Source: Callorhinchus milii (Eukaryota). Taken from it: a DNA stretch of 64,000 nt. The stretch spans positions 66,094,001 through 66,158,000 of the forward strand of contig NW_024704742.1 in assembly GCF_018977255.1 (NCBI RefSeq), written 5' to 3'. The notes below the pieces were generated by a model that was given only the letters and a program-made list of their open reading frames with translations, was not told the origin of the DNA and did not search any database. Every line of letters begins with the position of its first letter. Position 1 is the first letter of the stretch. Made by a program: the position numbers and the translations under genes. This document shows positions 50,542-63,039 of this stretch, one piece after another.

Positions 50542-52104
50542 CTAAAGGGCCGCTATATTAAATTCAATGATTGTATTTTTATTATTATTATTATTAATAA
50601 TAAATTGGATTTCAGCCAAGGAAGGCTCCTGGTGCCTGTAGATGATTGGCGTCCGTCGGACTCCGAGCAGAGGTTAACAATGATTAAACTAATCGTTTCA
50701 GATCTCTGTAATGACAGCATTTGCCGTAATATCCACACTTAAGTTTAAACACGTCGGGGGGAATGTTTGCAGCATCAGCATCTCGAGGGAAGGAGAATGG
50801 GCGAGAAAAGATCAAAGAACCAAATTAAGATATTTCATGAGGCATCAGCTAGAAATTTATTGAACAGCTCATTAAGGTGGAAAATTGCGACTTACAGACA
50901 CTAAATAGATAAGTCCATGGAGAGCACATGCCTATGTTTTCCCCCACCTCTCCCCTCAGGCCTCCTTCCCCTACCTATCTACCTACTTAACTAACTACCT
51001 ATCTCCCACCTTCCCATCTCTCCTGCTTAACCCCTGTCTCCCTTGCACTTCGCCCTGCTTCACCATCGTCCAACCCCCTCCTCTCCCCTCTCCCCCCACT
51101 CCACTCCATTAAGGTTTATAATTCAGTTGAGATGAAATTTGGTTTCAGAGCCAGCTGACATCACACAGCAACAACAACAATAACAACAATTTACAAGGCA
51201 CTGGACATCCCAAATCCTTTCCATCATTGAGCAGCAGGTTTGTGCACCAACAAAATGGGCTCGTGGATAAGTCTAGTCACACCTTTCATGTCGTGAAGGC
51301 ATCTGTCTCTGTCTGGGCCTCAAAGCTGGGGGAGAGGGGTGGGAGGGGGTATTGAGAGGAGTTGACTGAAAGTATGGTTGAAGCGATGGGACCTAAGGCT
51401 GGCTTAAACGTGGGGTAGGAGGAAACAAGGACGAGGGACTCTGGGATGAAGTTAATCATAATAATAATAATCCTTGCATTTGATAATAGCTTATCAAATC
51501 ATTGAGATGTCTCAAAGCGCTTCACAGGATATACTGTACTGTGCATTGACTGTGGGTGAAACATGGCAGCCAATTGTGCACAGCAGGGTCCCACAAATAA
51601 CCGTGGATTGAGTGATCAAAAATTATTAATTTGGGGGGGGGAAGGGAGTTATCTAACCGATACGATACAGGACTCCATAAAAAGTTCCACAGTGGGGAGG
51701 ATGGGGCGGGGTGGGATATACAAAGACAGGCAGGGGCAGTAGGGTTGCAGGAGGTCACTGAGGTAATGTGGTGTGAGGGGCTGGGGTGCGGTAATGAAAC
51801 TAAATTAAACGCGTTCGGATCATAAAAAATTTAAATTGCGAAGTTTTGCCGCTCACTGCTTTTTTTTCTGGCTGTGCTGTGCGGCAGTGTGCACTACACT
51901 TTCTAAAGGATTAATTCCACTGTTGCTTATTACTTGGGTCGTCCTTGCTTATCTTTCCCATGACATTGTGTCTCCCAGGCAGCCTGAGGCCATATCACTG
52001 CTTTTCCGCACAAAGGCCAGTCTTCCAGCTGAAAAGAGAAGTTTACCTCAATATTTTGGCCTCGCGGCTGGGTTTTAATCCCAGTCAGTGACAGATGACT
52101 TGTC

Positions 52105-52430
52105 TATCTCTCTGTTTCTCTCTCTCTCCCTCTCTCTCTGTCACTCCTGTCCCCTCTATCTGTATATTCTGTACTACTCTCTCTGGCCTATCCTACTCGC
52201 TCTGCCCCCTACCCGCTCTCTGTGCCTCCCTCTGCCCACTATCCCCCTCCCTCTCTGCCCATCCGCTCCATTCTCTCTCTGCCCCTACCCGCTCCCTGCG
52301 CTTCTCTCTGCCCACTCTCTCTCTGCCCACTTGACTCTCTCTCTGCCCATTGCCCCACTCTTTCTGCCACTGCCCCACTCTCTCTGCCCAGCCCTGCCCC
52401 CTTTCTCTGCCCACCTTTACCCTCTCCCTG
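52105..52430. repeat. Pyrimidine-rich minisatellite (CTCTCTGCCC[A/C]-like units)
   Basis: About ten CTCTGCCC-like units. Explains the low-complexity ORFs at 52088-52843. Confidence 0.85.
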
Positions 52431-53581
52431 ATCAGAATATTGATCTAATTACATTCGAAACCCTCCCCCCCAGCCTCGCTGCTTTAAGATGCACATCAAT
52501 GCTTATTTTTCTCTTCCTTGGTCAAAAGTTCAGGGGAGGGAGGGGATGGGGGAGTGCAGGGTTGGGGTGGGGGATTGGACTGACAATGGTTCCCAAAGGA
52601 ATGGAGTGCTTGACAAATGCGCCAGTGGAATTGGGAGTTGAGTGTGTGAATGTGAATTACAGGCAGCCCTGCGGTGGTTGTCAGGGAGATGCCAGGTTCC
52701 TGGTGATCTCTCACAGCGAGGATGAAAACTGTGAAATCGAGGCCCAGTGGGTCACTTGCCTGAGACAAGGCCTTGGTTTCAATTTGTTCTCTAATAGACA
52801 TGATACACAGGAGAGGCATGGAATAGAGGCCAAATGTATGTAAAATGGATATGACAAAGCGTGTTATTTCAGAACCGTTTAATTGATGGCTGTATCATAT
52901 AGAAAAAAAGTTCCTCTTGTGGCTTTTTTGGTCTCGAACTTTATACAACATCTTTGGAACTTCTTAAATTCTGTGTAAGATGAATGGTGCATTTTTCAAT
53001 AACTTCGGTCAGACCAGGTTTTTTTTTACTGTCTTCAACCGCACCTATTGACACCTCCCCTTCTCCCCAGCTCGGCGGCAAACCATACCAGAGTTGAGCC
53101 CTCTGAGACGCTATTCCGAGTGAAGGCCGCTATATAAGACGTGTTCCTGACTTGAAAAGGTGCTGTATCCAAAGCAAGGATTATTATTATTTTGTCTGCC
53201 CGAATTCAGGCAATAATCAAATCTTAGGGTTGTGACAGTGACGAGAAGCCTCCAGAGCTCCTCTGTGACAGTTAATAACATGATCTAATCACTCAATCAC
53301 ATCAACACTACGAATTAATGATACCCCATGGATCTGCTGATCCATTATCCACTGTGAAATTCAATGAGATGAATGTTGTCTCTGATATCAGACACCAACC
53401 GTATGATTTCCTGGTCCCTGTCTGCATTGCCACTCAGTAAACTTGCAGTAACAATGTCTTCAAAATACACAGTCAATTCACTTTACAGTATATTCTATGA
53501 AGCACTTTGAGATGTCTCAATGATGTGATATGACTCTATATCAAATGCAAGGAGTATTATTCTTATTCAGTGGTAATGTCG

Positions 53582-53928
53582 AGGTCCTGTAGCGTAGTGG
53601 TTAGCGCGTTCCCTCGCAAGCAAGAGTACCTGGCTTTGATCCCCGGACGGGGCGAAACCTTAGGCAAGTTTCCTTACTCCACACACCTCTAGCAGTAATT
53701 GGAAACCACTTGTTAGTTGATTAATGGATTATTCTCTGGGGGTAATAATCCTTCTAAAAATAATTGATCACTCAATCTATTTGTGGACACTGCTTTGGGC
53801 AATTAGCTGCCACGTTTCACCCACAAAATACACAGTCAATCCACTTTACAATATATTCTGTGAAATGCTTTGAGACGTGTCAATGTTTTGAAAACGTGCC
53901 ATATCTAATGCAAGAATTATAATTATTA
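53582..53928 (+). mobile_element. SINE A
   Basis: GGTCCTGTAGCGTAGTGGTTAGCGCG..GATCCCCGG..CCTTAGGCAAGTTTCCTTACTCCACAC, followed by the tail. Confidence 0.88.
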
Positions 53929-54314
53929 GTACCCTTCAGTTGCTGTGTCTCTTTAAGGGATCAATGACATGAGGAGGACACCCCTTGCTATTGTAATGAC
54001 CACCCACTATCCGGTCAGACACAGACCCGAGACACTATAGAGCAGCCCCTTTATAACTTCCACAGCACCGATTACAGGACATGCAATAATTGATATCTTG
54101 AAGTGGTTTCAAGGCTATAATTTCATTTTTGAGTGGGAGAACGATAAACCTTACGTTGGTGACTTATGGTCTCATCTGAAGCCTTCAATTAGTTAGCATC
54201 TCATAATGCCTCCCAGCCTGTATATTAGTTCATTTTTTATAAATTTTTCCTCCATCTGCATCATCAAAATATATCTGATACATTTGATACAGATCCCAGG
54301 ATTTACTGTAATCT

Positions 54315-54665
54315 TGGCTGACACTTTGTTGCAGTACAGGGCATTTGTTTTATTGTCGGAGGTGCTATCCTTTGGATAAAAGGTTAAACTGAGGTCTCAA
54401 CTGCCTTCAGGTGCATGTTAAAGATCCCATGGGGCTAATCCAAAAAAGCGGGGAGTTTTTCCCAGTGTCCTGGTTAACAATCCCCCAAATAAAATTGGTC
54501 ACTCTCTTCATTGCTGTGCACAAATTGCCATGTTGGCCCATAAAATATCACAGTCACTACACTTTACAGTCAAATCCCGTGAAGCACTTTTCGATACTTT
54601 GAAAGCGTGATAAGACGCTTTACCAAATTTCAAGGATTATTATTATTATTTATTATTATTATTAT
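54315..54665 (+). mobile_element. SINE B, 3' part
   Basis: Deu domain, tail and (TTA)n. Confidence 0.75.
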
Positions 54666-55884
54666 CCAAAGGAGGGAACGGAGTCCCAAATGACAATCTG
54701 TTGGACCAACATTGGAATGAGTGTTGGGGGGAGGAAAAGTCGCAAAGCATGAGATAAAGATTCTCTTTAAAAGTTCCTGTAGCTCAGAACGTTCAGTCGT
54801 TAGGGTCGCCACGTGAAGGAGCCTTTCAGTAATATGTTAAAGCTATCTAGCCCGAGGGATTAAACCAAGTCTGAACACCACGCGTAGGTAAACTGGAGAT
54901 TCCTCAGAGGGAGATATTTGTGAATTAGATATTTTTCTGACTGTTTTATAAATCATCCTAAGTGTCACAGGCTCACAATGCTCCAGGAGACTTGATTTCC
55001 CTCTCATGCATTGACCCTCCTTTTTTTTGTTAACCTCGCAAGAATGTCATCTGTGTTTGCTCAAATCGCTGAGAGTAATTCAGCACAGGGAGACAAAGCT
55101 GACTTTATTTTAATGCTGTTTGTGCAAGCAAACTACACAGCCCAGATTAGGATCTTGGCACTGAAGGACAAGCCCGAGGGTTCAAGTGAGGTGTTGAGAT
55201 TAAATCTCCAGAACTCTACAGGCACCCCAGCAGGAAATTGGGATGGTATTAAACTCTATACAACTGTTCAGTCCTCAAGAATTTTGACACATTTCCATGC
55301 ATTAAAATGACAGAAAGCCCTTTGATGGGATAAGTGAATACAAAGAGGATTAACTTCCAGTCTGTTCCTTATAAAAGCCCCCCTTCCTCCTCCCACCACC
55401 CCTCCACCGACCCCAAAATAAAAAGGAAAAAGGCTTTTTAAAAGCCACAATTGGAGAACGAGATCCTTTGTTCAACAGTAGCTTCTTTTCAAAAGGAATC
55501 TTTTTTTTTGCTTGATGATTTCTTCATAATGGTCAACTGAACAGTGAAGCTGTGATAGAATTGTCTTCCTACTGTCTTTTGCCATGAGTTACCATGAGTT
55601 AAAAAGTGAAAGAGATTAGGTTGCATTTCTTAAGAGGATTTGATCATTTCTTTCTTAATTATTTCTTTCTTAATTTCTTTCTTAATTTCTCCCACAGTCA
55701 ATCCACTTTACAGTATATTCTGTGAAGTCTCAATGACATTATAAGGCGCTATAGCAAATGCAAGGATTAATATTTTTTACCATAATTAAGAAATCCGGGG
55801 GTACGTGTTGCAGTCTCTGAAACACCAAATCCCAATTTATTTTGTTGGGGTAATGTGATGTACCCCTGATTAGAAGGAGCTCTA

Positions 55885-56035
55885 TTCTAAAGGATAGAGG
55901 GATTAAGGGATATGGGAATAGGGCTGGTAAATGAAATTAGGTTAGAAGATCAGCCATGATTTTATTAAATGGCGGGGCAGGCTTGAGGGGCCAAATGGCC
56001 TACTCCTGCTCCTACGTCTTATGGTCTTATGGTCT
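55885..56035 (+). mobile_element. CR1 3' end
   Basis: AAGGGATATGGG..GATCAGCCATGAT..GGCTTGAGGGGCCAAATGGCCTACTCCTGCTCCTA..(TCTTATGG)2. Confidence 0.8.
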
Positions 56036-56347
56036 CCCTTTTGGATTTCTTAATTAAGAAATCCCATTGAGAAATAATTGTGTCAACCTGGCTCACTTAG
56101 TAGCACTCTTGTCTCTGCGTCAGAAAGTGGTGGGTTTAGGCCCCACACTGGGACTTGAACTCACATAGTCTTAGCTACCACTCCAATGTACTTCTGGGTG
56201 TTAAACAAGGGGAGGGAGGGAACCAGTCAGAGAGACTCTTGGTTGCAGTTCCAGAGAACAGGGGTAGAATAGCTGTACATGTGTCCATCAATAGTGGGGA
56301 GAATAGAGTGGGGGCATGAAGCATTGGACGTTCACCAAACAGAAGGA

Positions 56348-56731
56348 ATCCGGTAGATTATGGTTAGAGCACTCACCTCGTAAGCAAGAGGACCTGGTTA
56401 GGACGATTCCCAGGCGAGGCAAAACCTTAGGAAAATTTTCTTATTTCACACACCTCTGTTTACCTAGCAGTAAGTAGGAACTCAGTTGTTAGTCCCCTGA
56501 CAGATCGCTCTCCAGGGGTAATAATCCCTTCAAAAAAATGTTTTTAAATAATAATTTGGACAGTCAATCCATGACTATTTGTGGGACACTGCTGTGCGCA
56601 ATTGGCTGTCGCATTTTGGTCCACAACATATGCAGTCAATTCACTTCACAGTATAATCTGTTAAGCACTTTGAGACGTCTCAATGACGTGATAAAGTGCT
56701 ATATCAAATACAAGGATTATTCTTATTCTTA
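56348..56731 (+). mobile_element. SINE A
   Basis: Family motifs. Confidence 0.82.
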
Positions 56732-57569
56732 TAAGGAAACCACTCAGCCCCCACAATAATTACTATCATGTGTAGTGTTTGTGTTTGTGTGTATAGTTTG
56801 TAGGGCGGGTCGGAGGGGAATAATATGGGACAAAATTTAAATAATGGGCATGAACCCATGTGCTAACACCAGAGATTGCATTAATCTAACAGAACAAAGT
56901 ATTTCACACCAAATACTGAAAACTTTTCTCCCTCTCCTCTCCCAACCTTTCCACCACTCCCATGTTCCATTGGCATAATCTGAGAATTTTTCCGTTGCTT
57001 TGTGGTCTGATAACAGACGTAGATATTTGAGTGAAGCTAAATACAGTGTAGGATAGAATGGTAATTCAGTGGGTATCCTGACACACTGCACTCATACGAG
57101 GATTCTGCTGCATTAAATTTCACATGATGCCAGGAGAGGTTTGGATAAAGAAAATCCTTTGGCCTATTTGATCTCATCCTGGCAGAACACATACCCCACC
57201 GTCCTCCCATTACAACATCATGCTGTTTCTTAAATGAAACCCAGCGTCTTGTTTCAACTACCCTTCTGGGTAACTGGATCCAGTCGACAAATGTCACATT
57301 GAATCTGTTAAAGAGACTATGAAAGGCCATTCGATAATTATTGATTGTTTAGAACCATAGAGACCTAAGACATTTACAGCACAGAAGGAGGCCATTTGGC
57401 CCATCGTGCTTGTGCTGGCTTTCTGTCAGTCCTCTTTTCCAGCCTTCATCCTTCTGATTAGTCATTCAAACCAATGTCCCATCTGCCTGTTCAGGTGGAA
57501 GTTAAAGATCCCATGGCACCTTTCAAAAGGGGAAGGGAATTTTTCCCAGGGCAAATAGTCAGCTATGTT

Positions 57570-57960
57570 CACCAAAGGTTGAAGGTGACCTGATAAAGGT
57601 CTTTAAAATAATGAGGGGTTAGGGTGATATTATTTCCACTGGTCGGTGAGTCAGTGACTAGAGAATTTTTTTCACGAACCGAGTGTTTAGGATATGGAAT
57701 GTCCTGCTTGGTGCAATGAGTGAGGCAGAATCCAGGTTAGCTTTCAAAAAGGGAAAAGATAGATATCTATAAAATAATAAACTGCAGGCGATGGGGAAAG
57801 GGCAGGTAAATGAGACTGAGATGCTATCCTGCTTGAAGGATGCTATATAAAGGCAAATACATGCTGTTGTCTAAAGGATTGCTCTTAAAGAGAGCCAGCA
57901 CAGACACGATGGGTTGAATGACTTTCTTCCGTGCTGTAATTCTCTAAGGTTCTGTGAAAT
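57570..57960 (+). mobile_element. CR1 3' fragment, diverged
   Basis: AGGTTGAAGGTGACCTGATAAAGGTCTTTAAAATAATGAGGGG..GAGAGCCAGCACAGACACGATGGG. Confidence 0.7.
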
Positions 57961-58952
57961 CTATTGCTAAGATCTCGGCTCTGGGTTTGGTTCCCAAGCT
58001 TCAGACTCTTTGAAGCTGACTCCATCGTCCTCAAAGCGTCAATTAGCCCAAATGTACTTTCTTACATCCAGGGTTTTGGGTGGCTCGGTGCTTTCTTGAT
58101 GTGTTATGTAACTTTCCACAGAAATCTGGCTCCTAAACAAACAAGCGTCTGTTATAAATAGAAAGAGTCAAGATTCCGTGGAAAGTTACATAAAACGGAG
58201 GAATAAAAATTAAAATCAGCTTCCAAAAAGTAAACAAAACAAGCGGCAATAAATCACTTTGAAAATCAGACTAAATAAAAACAGCTTTCAGACTTGTTTA
58301 GCCCTATCCTGGGTTAAAATATATTTTCCCGCTTAAAGGGAATTTGTGGTTTATCTGTATCTTGGTCAGATGATCAGGTTTGTCCTGGTGTGAAGATACA
58401 GATCCCCACTTCCACACTGAGCATCAGCAAGGGAACATCTCAAACAACGGTGGGATTGCACATACACAACAACAGCAACTTAAACTTACATTGTGGCTTT
58501 CCCAGAGGAGCTCCAAAGGCTATCCTCAGGTATTTGCAGGTTCCATACCACCCTCCCTCCCCTATCCCGCACGACACCACCAGTAATATCTTTCAATCTG
58601 CAAACACTGTCCTCCTGTGCTCTGTTCTACCTGCTCTGCCATTGGCGGGTTGGCTTTCAGCCATTCGGCCCCTGCTCTGTGGAATTCCCTCCGACTTGTT
58701 CTCACCCACCCTCACCCCATTCAAGCTCCATCTCAAATGGTACCTCTTCAACCATGCAATAAATTCTCCCCTCCTGCTCTCCTAGCTCCCATCCCCAGTT
58801 CGGATTCCTATCCAGCATTGTCAAGGACTTTGAGATGACCTCCCAATGTGGATGAAACTATATAAATGTAAATGGATGAGTTTATATAGAAATTAAACAA
58901 GTATAGTGTTGAGTAGATATAATAATAATCCTTGCAGTTGATATATTGGATT

Positions 58953-59240
58953 ATAGGAACATAGGAACAGGACTGGACCACTCAACCCCTTGAGCCTGTT
59001 CTGCCATTCTATTAATGAGGTCATGGCTGATCTGTACCTCAACTCAATTTACCTGCTTTTGCTCCATATTCTTTGCTGCCCTGACCTAACAAAAGTCTAT
59101 CCACCTCAGTCTTGAAAATTTTAATTGATCCACAGCCTTTTGAGGGAGAGGGTTCTAGATTTTCCATTACTCTTTGTGTGAAAAAATGCTTCCTAATTTC
59201 ACTCCAAAACTGCCAAATTCTAATTTTAAGATTATGCTTC
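58953..59240 (-). mobile_element. CR1 3' end
   Basis: SEIRKHFFTQRV..FKTEVDRLL in ORF 59039-59443. (TAGGAACA)2 tail. Confidence 0.85.
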
Positions 59241-59567
59241 CTATCAAGTCCTGGAGATGCCTCCAAGTGCTTCACAGAATTTACTGTGAATTGCAGTGAC
59301 TGTGTATTTGCAGGCAGAAGTGGCAGCCAATTTGCGCACAGCAGTGTGCCACAAAACGCCATGAGGTGAGTGACCAATTTTATGACTGATATCATCTCCT
59401 CTTGATATCTCTTCTCCTTCGAACGACACCTTGACACAGGCAATTGCTGTCTTACAGGCGGATTCCTGATAGTCAGTTTATTCAGAACAATTCAGAAACT
59501 CTGCTGCTTTAAACCTTTTATGACTGTCGAACAACAGACTGACAACATGTCTGCTGCGTTAGATAAA

Positions 59568-59963
59568 AATAATAATAGTAATAATCCTTGGATTTCTTAC
59601 AGCGCATTTCATGTCAGGAGGACGACACAATGCTGCTTCACAGGATTCACTGTATGGTGTAGTGACTGTAAGACAACACAAGGTGTGGAGGGTTCAGCCA
59701 GGTTGCACAAACAGCCATGAAGTGAATGACCAGCTTTTTGTTTCTCTGGGGCCAGCACGACAACAATAGTGCCACAGGATCTTTAACGTCCACCTGAGCA
59801 GGCAGATGGCACCTTGCTCTAACCTCTCATTAAAACCTTTGACAATGAAGCAATGCACTGGAGTGCTTGCCTGGACTGTGATTTCAAACTCCTGACGTGG
59901 GGCTTGAACCTACAACATCCATGAATCAGAGGCCAGAGCGCTACCAACTGAGCCAGGCTGACA
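59568..59963 (-). mobile_element. SINE B, full length
   Basis: Head, Deu domain and tail. Confidence 0.8.
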
Positions 59964-60237
59964 TCGATTTTCAATTTTAAGCTCCCTGGTAAAAGCTGGG
60001 GTTTAAGCAGAGAACAACAATGTATTTAGGAGGAAACAATGGAGAAGCATGATGGAGAAGGGAATTGGAGTATGAGAGAAGAGACTCGGAGGGAGGGATG
60101 GAGGCTCATGTGAAGTACAAACATCATGCAGTGACTGGGTATTTTGTGAGGCAAAGGTGGCAGGGGAGCCAATCTGTGCAAAGCAAATTCCCAGAAACAG
60201 CCATGAAGTGAGTGAGAGCACGTCCTATAGGAAAAAA

Positions 60238-60962
60238 TTATAATAGTAATCCTTGCATTAGATACAGTATGTTTCATGTCATAATAATAATAATAATGAG
60301 GATCATGAGGATGTCTCACAGAATTTCACAGGATATACTATAGCAACAATGTATTTTTTTGTAAATGTAATTGTCAATTTGCACACAGCAACGTCCCACA
60401 AACAGCAATGAAGCCCATTTTTTCTGGGGTGTTGTTGCCAGGACATTGGGAGAAACTCCCTTCTGTTTTTGAAAGGGATTCTTAAAAGCCACCTGGAAGG
60501 GCAGACAGGGCCTCGGTTTAAATAAATAATAAAATAATCCTTGCATTTGATATAGCGCTTTTTAACAAAGCGCTTCACAGAATATGCTGTAAAGTGAATT
60601 GACTGTATATTTGTGGGTGAAACACAGCAGCCAAATACACACAGCAGAGTCCCGCAAACAGTCGTAGATTGAAGTGCCCAAATTCTTATTGCTGTTTTTT
60701 TTTCTTGAGGGAATATTATCAGGCGCCCTGCTGGGAATCGAATCAAGGTCTCTCTCTCTTGCAAGGCGAGTGCTCTAACCACTGAACTACAGGACTCCAC
60801 ATTAAGTGTCATTCGAAGTACGGTACCTTTGACAATCCAGCACACCCCCCAGTAGTGCACTGGAATGCCAACCTAGAATGTGAATTCAAACTCTCGACAT
60901 GGGGGCTCAAACCCACAACCTTTTGACTCAGAGGCATGAGTGCTATCAACTGAGCCAGGCTG
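60238..60962 (-). mobile_element. SINE B interrupted by a SINE A deletion form (60521-60799)
   Basis: The Deu domain is split at GGGCCTCGGTTTAA|..|TTAAGTGTCATTCGAA. Confidence 0.8.
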
Positions 60963-61579
60963 GCTCTTGTTTATCATTGTGTTGTAACGTTTTATACTTC
61001 TCTAGTGCCACGAATGGTTGGAGCAGTAACACCTTGCTCACTTCCTCCAACAAATTGTGGCTTCTCATGCACAGCACAGAGAGCACCCAGCAACTGAAAT
61101 TCATAATACCCCTCAGTTTTGCGATGCCCAAAAGACTGATGGATGATCCATGCGCAAGTGTTGTCCAATGGCTCCCGCAATTAATTATTTAGTGCTTGGG
61201 TGACTGGGCTATAGATTATGTGAGCACGACACAGGGAGTTGATAAATGACTTGTTCTTAGACTATCGCTGAGAGATGAGATTCTCTATAAATTATAGCCA
61301 CATGCTGGTGAATGTGGGTGAGTTCCTGGTGCCTCGCTGTGTGTTTTATATAGCAAAAAGGCAAATAGCTTTTTGAGGAAAGGGAACAATATCACCTCGT
61401 CTTCCAGTGAGAAGCTATTGCAAATCTCATTGCTTTGACATTGATATTGCTGTGAGCAGCTTGCCTATTATGATCACCTACACTTTACAGTAAATCCCAG
61501 GAAGCTCTTTGGTGAGACATCCTCCTGACGTGAAAGGGGCTGTTACCAAATGCGAGGATTATTATTATTTGCCGTCTCC

Positions 61580-61775
61580 AGTGGGCCGGGTGTCTGACAC
61601 TTGTGGAAATCCATTACAACGTTTAAGAGTATCCAAACCAAACTGAGAAATCCATGGATCCCACTTACACATAGAAATCCCAGAGATAGATTGTTGGAAT
61701 GGAATGTCCACTCTCTTCCTAGGACACATCCTACTTACCTAATTCCGGAAAGTATTAGGCGCAGGTTGGCAGGAC
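61580..61775 (-). mobile_element. RTE-X-like family 3' part
   Basis: GCCGGGTGTCTGACAC..ATCCAAACCAAACTGAGAA..CTTACCTAATTCCGGAAAGTATTAGGCGCAGG. Confidence 0.75.
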
Positions 61776-63039
61776 AAATCTCCCCATAGGGTAATAGGAA
61801 GCGATACCAGCAAGGTCCTGTGATAGCTCATTTCACTATAGCACCAATTCACTTATAACATGGTTGACGTGTGATCACTGTTAGATGTGTGGGCAGTCGG
61901 CACTCTTGCTTCCCATGTGCAGGTCTGCATATGCCCTGACGCCTCCACACCAACATCAGTGGCTGTGCCTTCAGCCACGACAACCCCAACCTCTAGAACA
62001 CTCCTGCCTCAAAGCCTGTGCCTTGCCTCCTCATTATGTATCTATAAACTTGCATTTGTGGAGTCCCGTAGTGTAGTGGTTAGCATGCTCGCTTTGCAAG
62101 TGAGAGGATCTGGGTTCAGTACAGGGTGAACGTTAGACAAGTTTCCTTACTCCATATGTCTCTGTTTACCTAGCAGTAAGGGGTATGTGTGTGTGTGTGG
62201 GTGCGTGTGTATGTGTTGGGGGAAGGTTTGTCTGTGCAGGGTGCCTAACCATTCATACAAAGAATCCAATGTGCATGTGTGTGTCACACTAAAACATGGA
62301 GCTGTGGGCAGTGTAAGCATGGCGTGACATGTTACATTTTCTGACAGCCAGGCCATCATTTATCCCCTATGTACGGAGAGTGGGTTAGCAGTGGGGGGGT
62401 GACATGTCAAACACACTGAGAGCATGTCATTCCCTGGCAGGTATTTTTGCCAACCTGGCAGCTCCCTGTTGAAAACAAAAATTCAGAAGAGCAGGAATCA
62501 GACAACACTGGGGTTGGGAGGGTGGGGAGTGGAGGAAGGGAGGAGTGGGGGGCATCAGTCGGATCTCACTCTTCCCCCACTATCCACCACCCCCCACTCC
62601 CCACTGCTCTATTCTCCCCGCCCTCATTATTACATACAGAACTCTTCAGCAAATTCCTCAAGCAAAAGTCGAGCAGGCTTTCATTCACCAGGAATTCATC
62701 TAGTTCCATTCACTGCCACGTTCCCATAAATCTTTTTTACGGCTTTTTCCCCCGACCTGGGAAAAGTCCATCAGTGATGAATGTGCACACCATTGCAGCC
62801 CCTGATCAGAGGCTGACAACGCAACAACAACAACTTGCATTTATATAGCGGCCTTCACGTGGGGCAGGGTCTCGAAGCAGTGTCCTCTGCTACGCTTGGC
62901 AAGCTCCCCTGTTTATATGCAGTCTGATATGTTTTCATGTGCGTCCGACAGCAGCAAAACATTAAACGTTTTTCTTAAAAAGGAAAAGAAGAATACCTTG
63001 CACGTTTCCCTCAGCTCTCAATGTGTCCATCACGGGCTG

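Noticed and set aside
52088..52843. 251-aa ORF
   Set aside because: Produced by a stop-poor pyrimidine minisatellite; low complexity.
61005..61192. Peptide LTSSNKLWLLMHSTESTQQLKFII, vaguely CUB-domain-like, after a possible acceptor
   Set aside because: It lacks the key F-x-S-D and G-F residues, has no donor site and no companion exons. Likely chance.
62270..62430. Cluster of CATG-core, p53-like half sites
   Set aside because: Each half site has 1-2 mismatches to RRRCWWGYYY in a CA/TG-rich context. Not distinguishable from chance.
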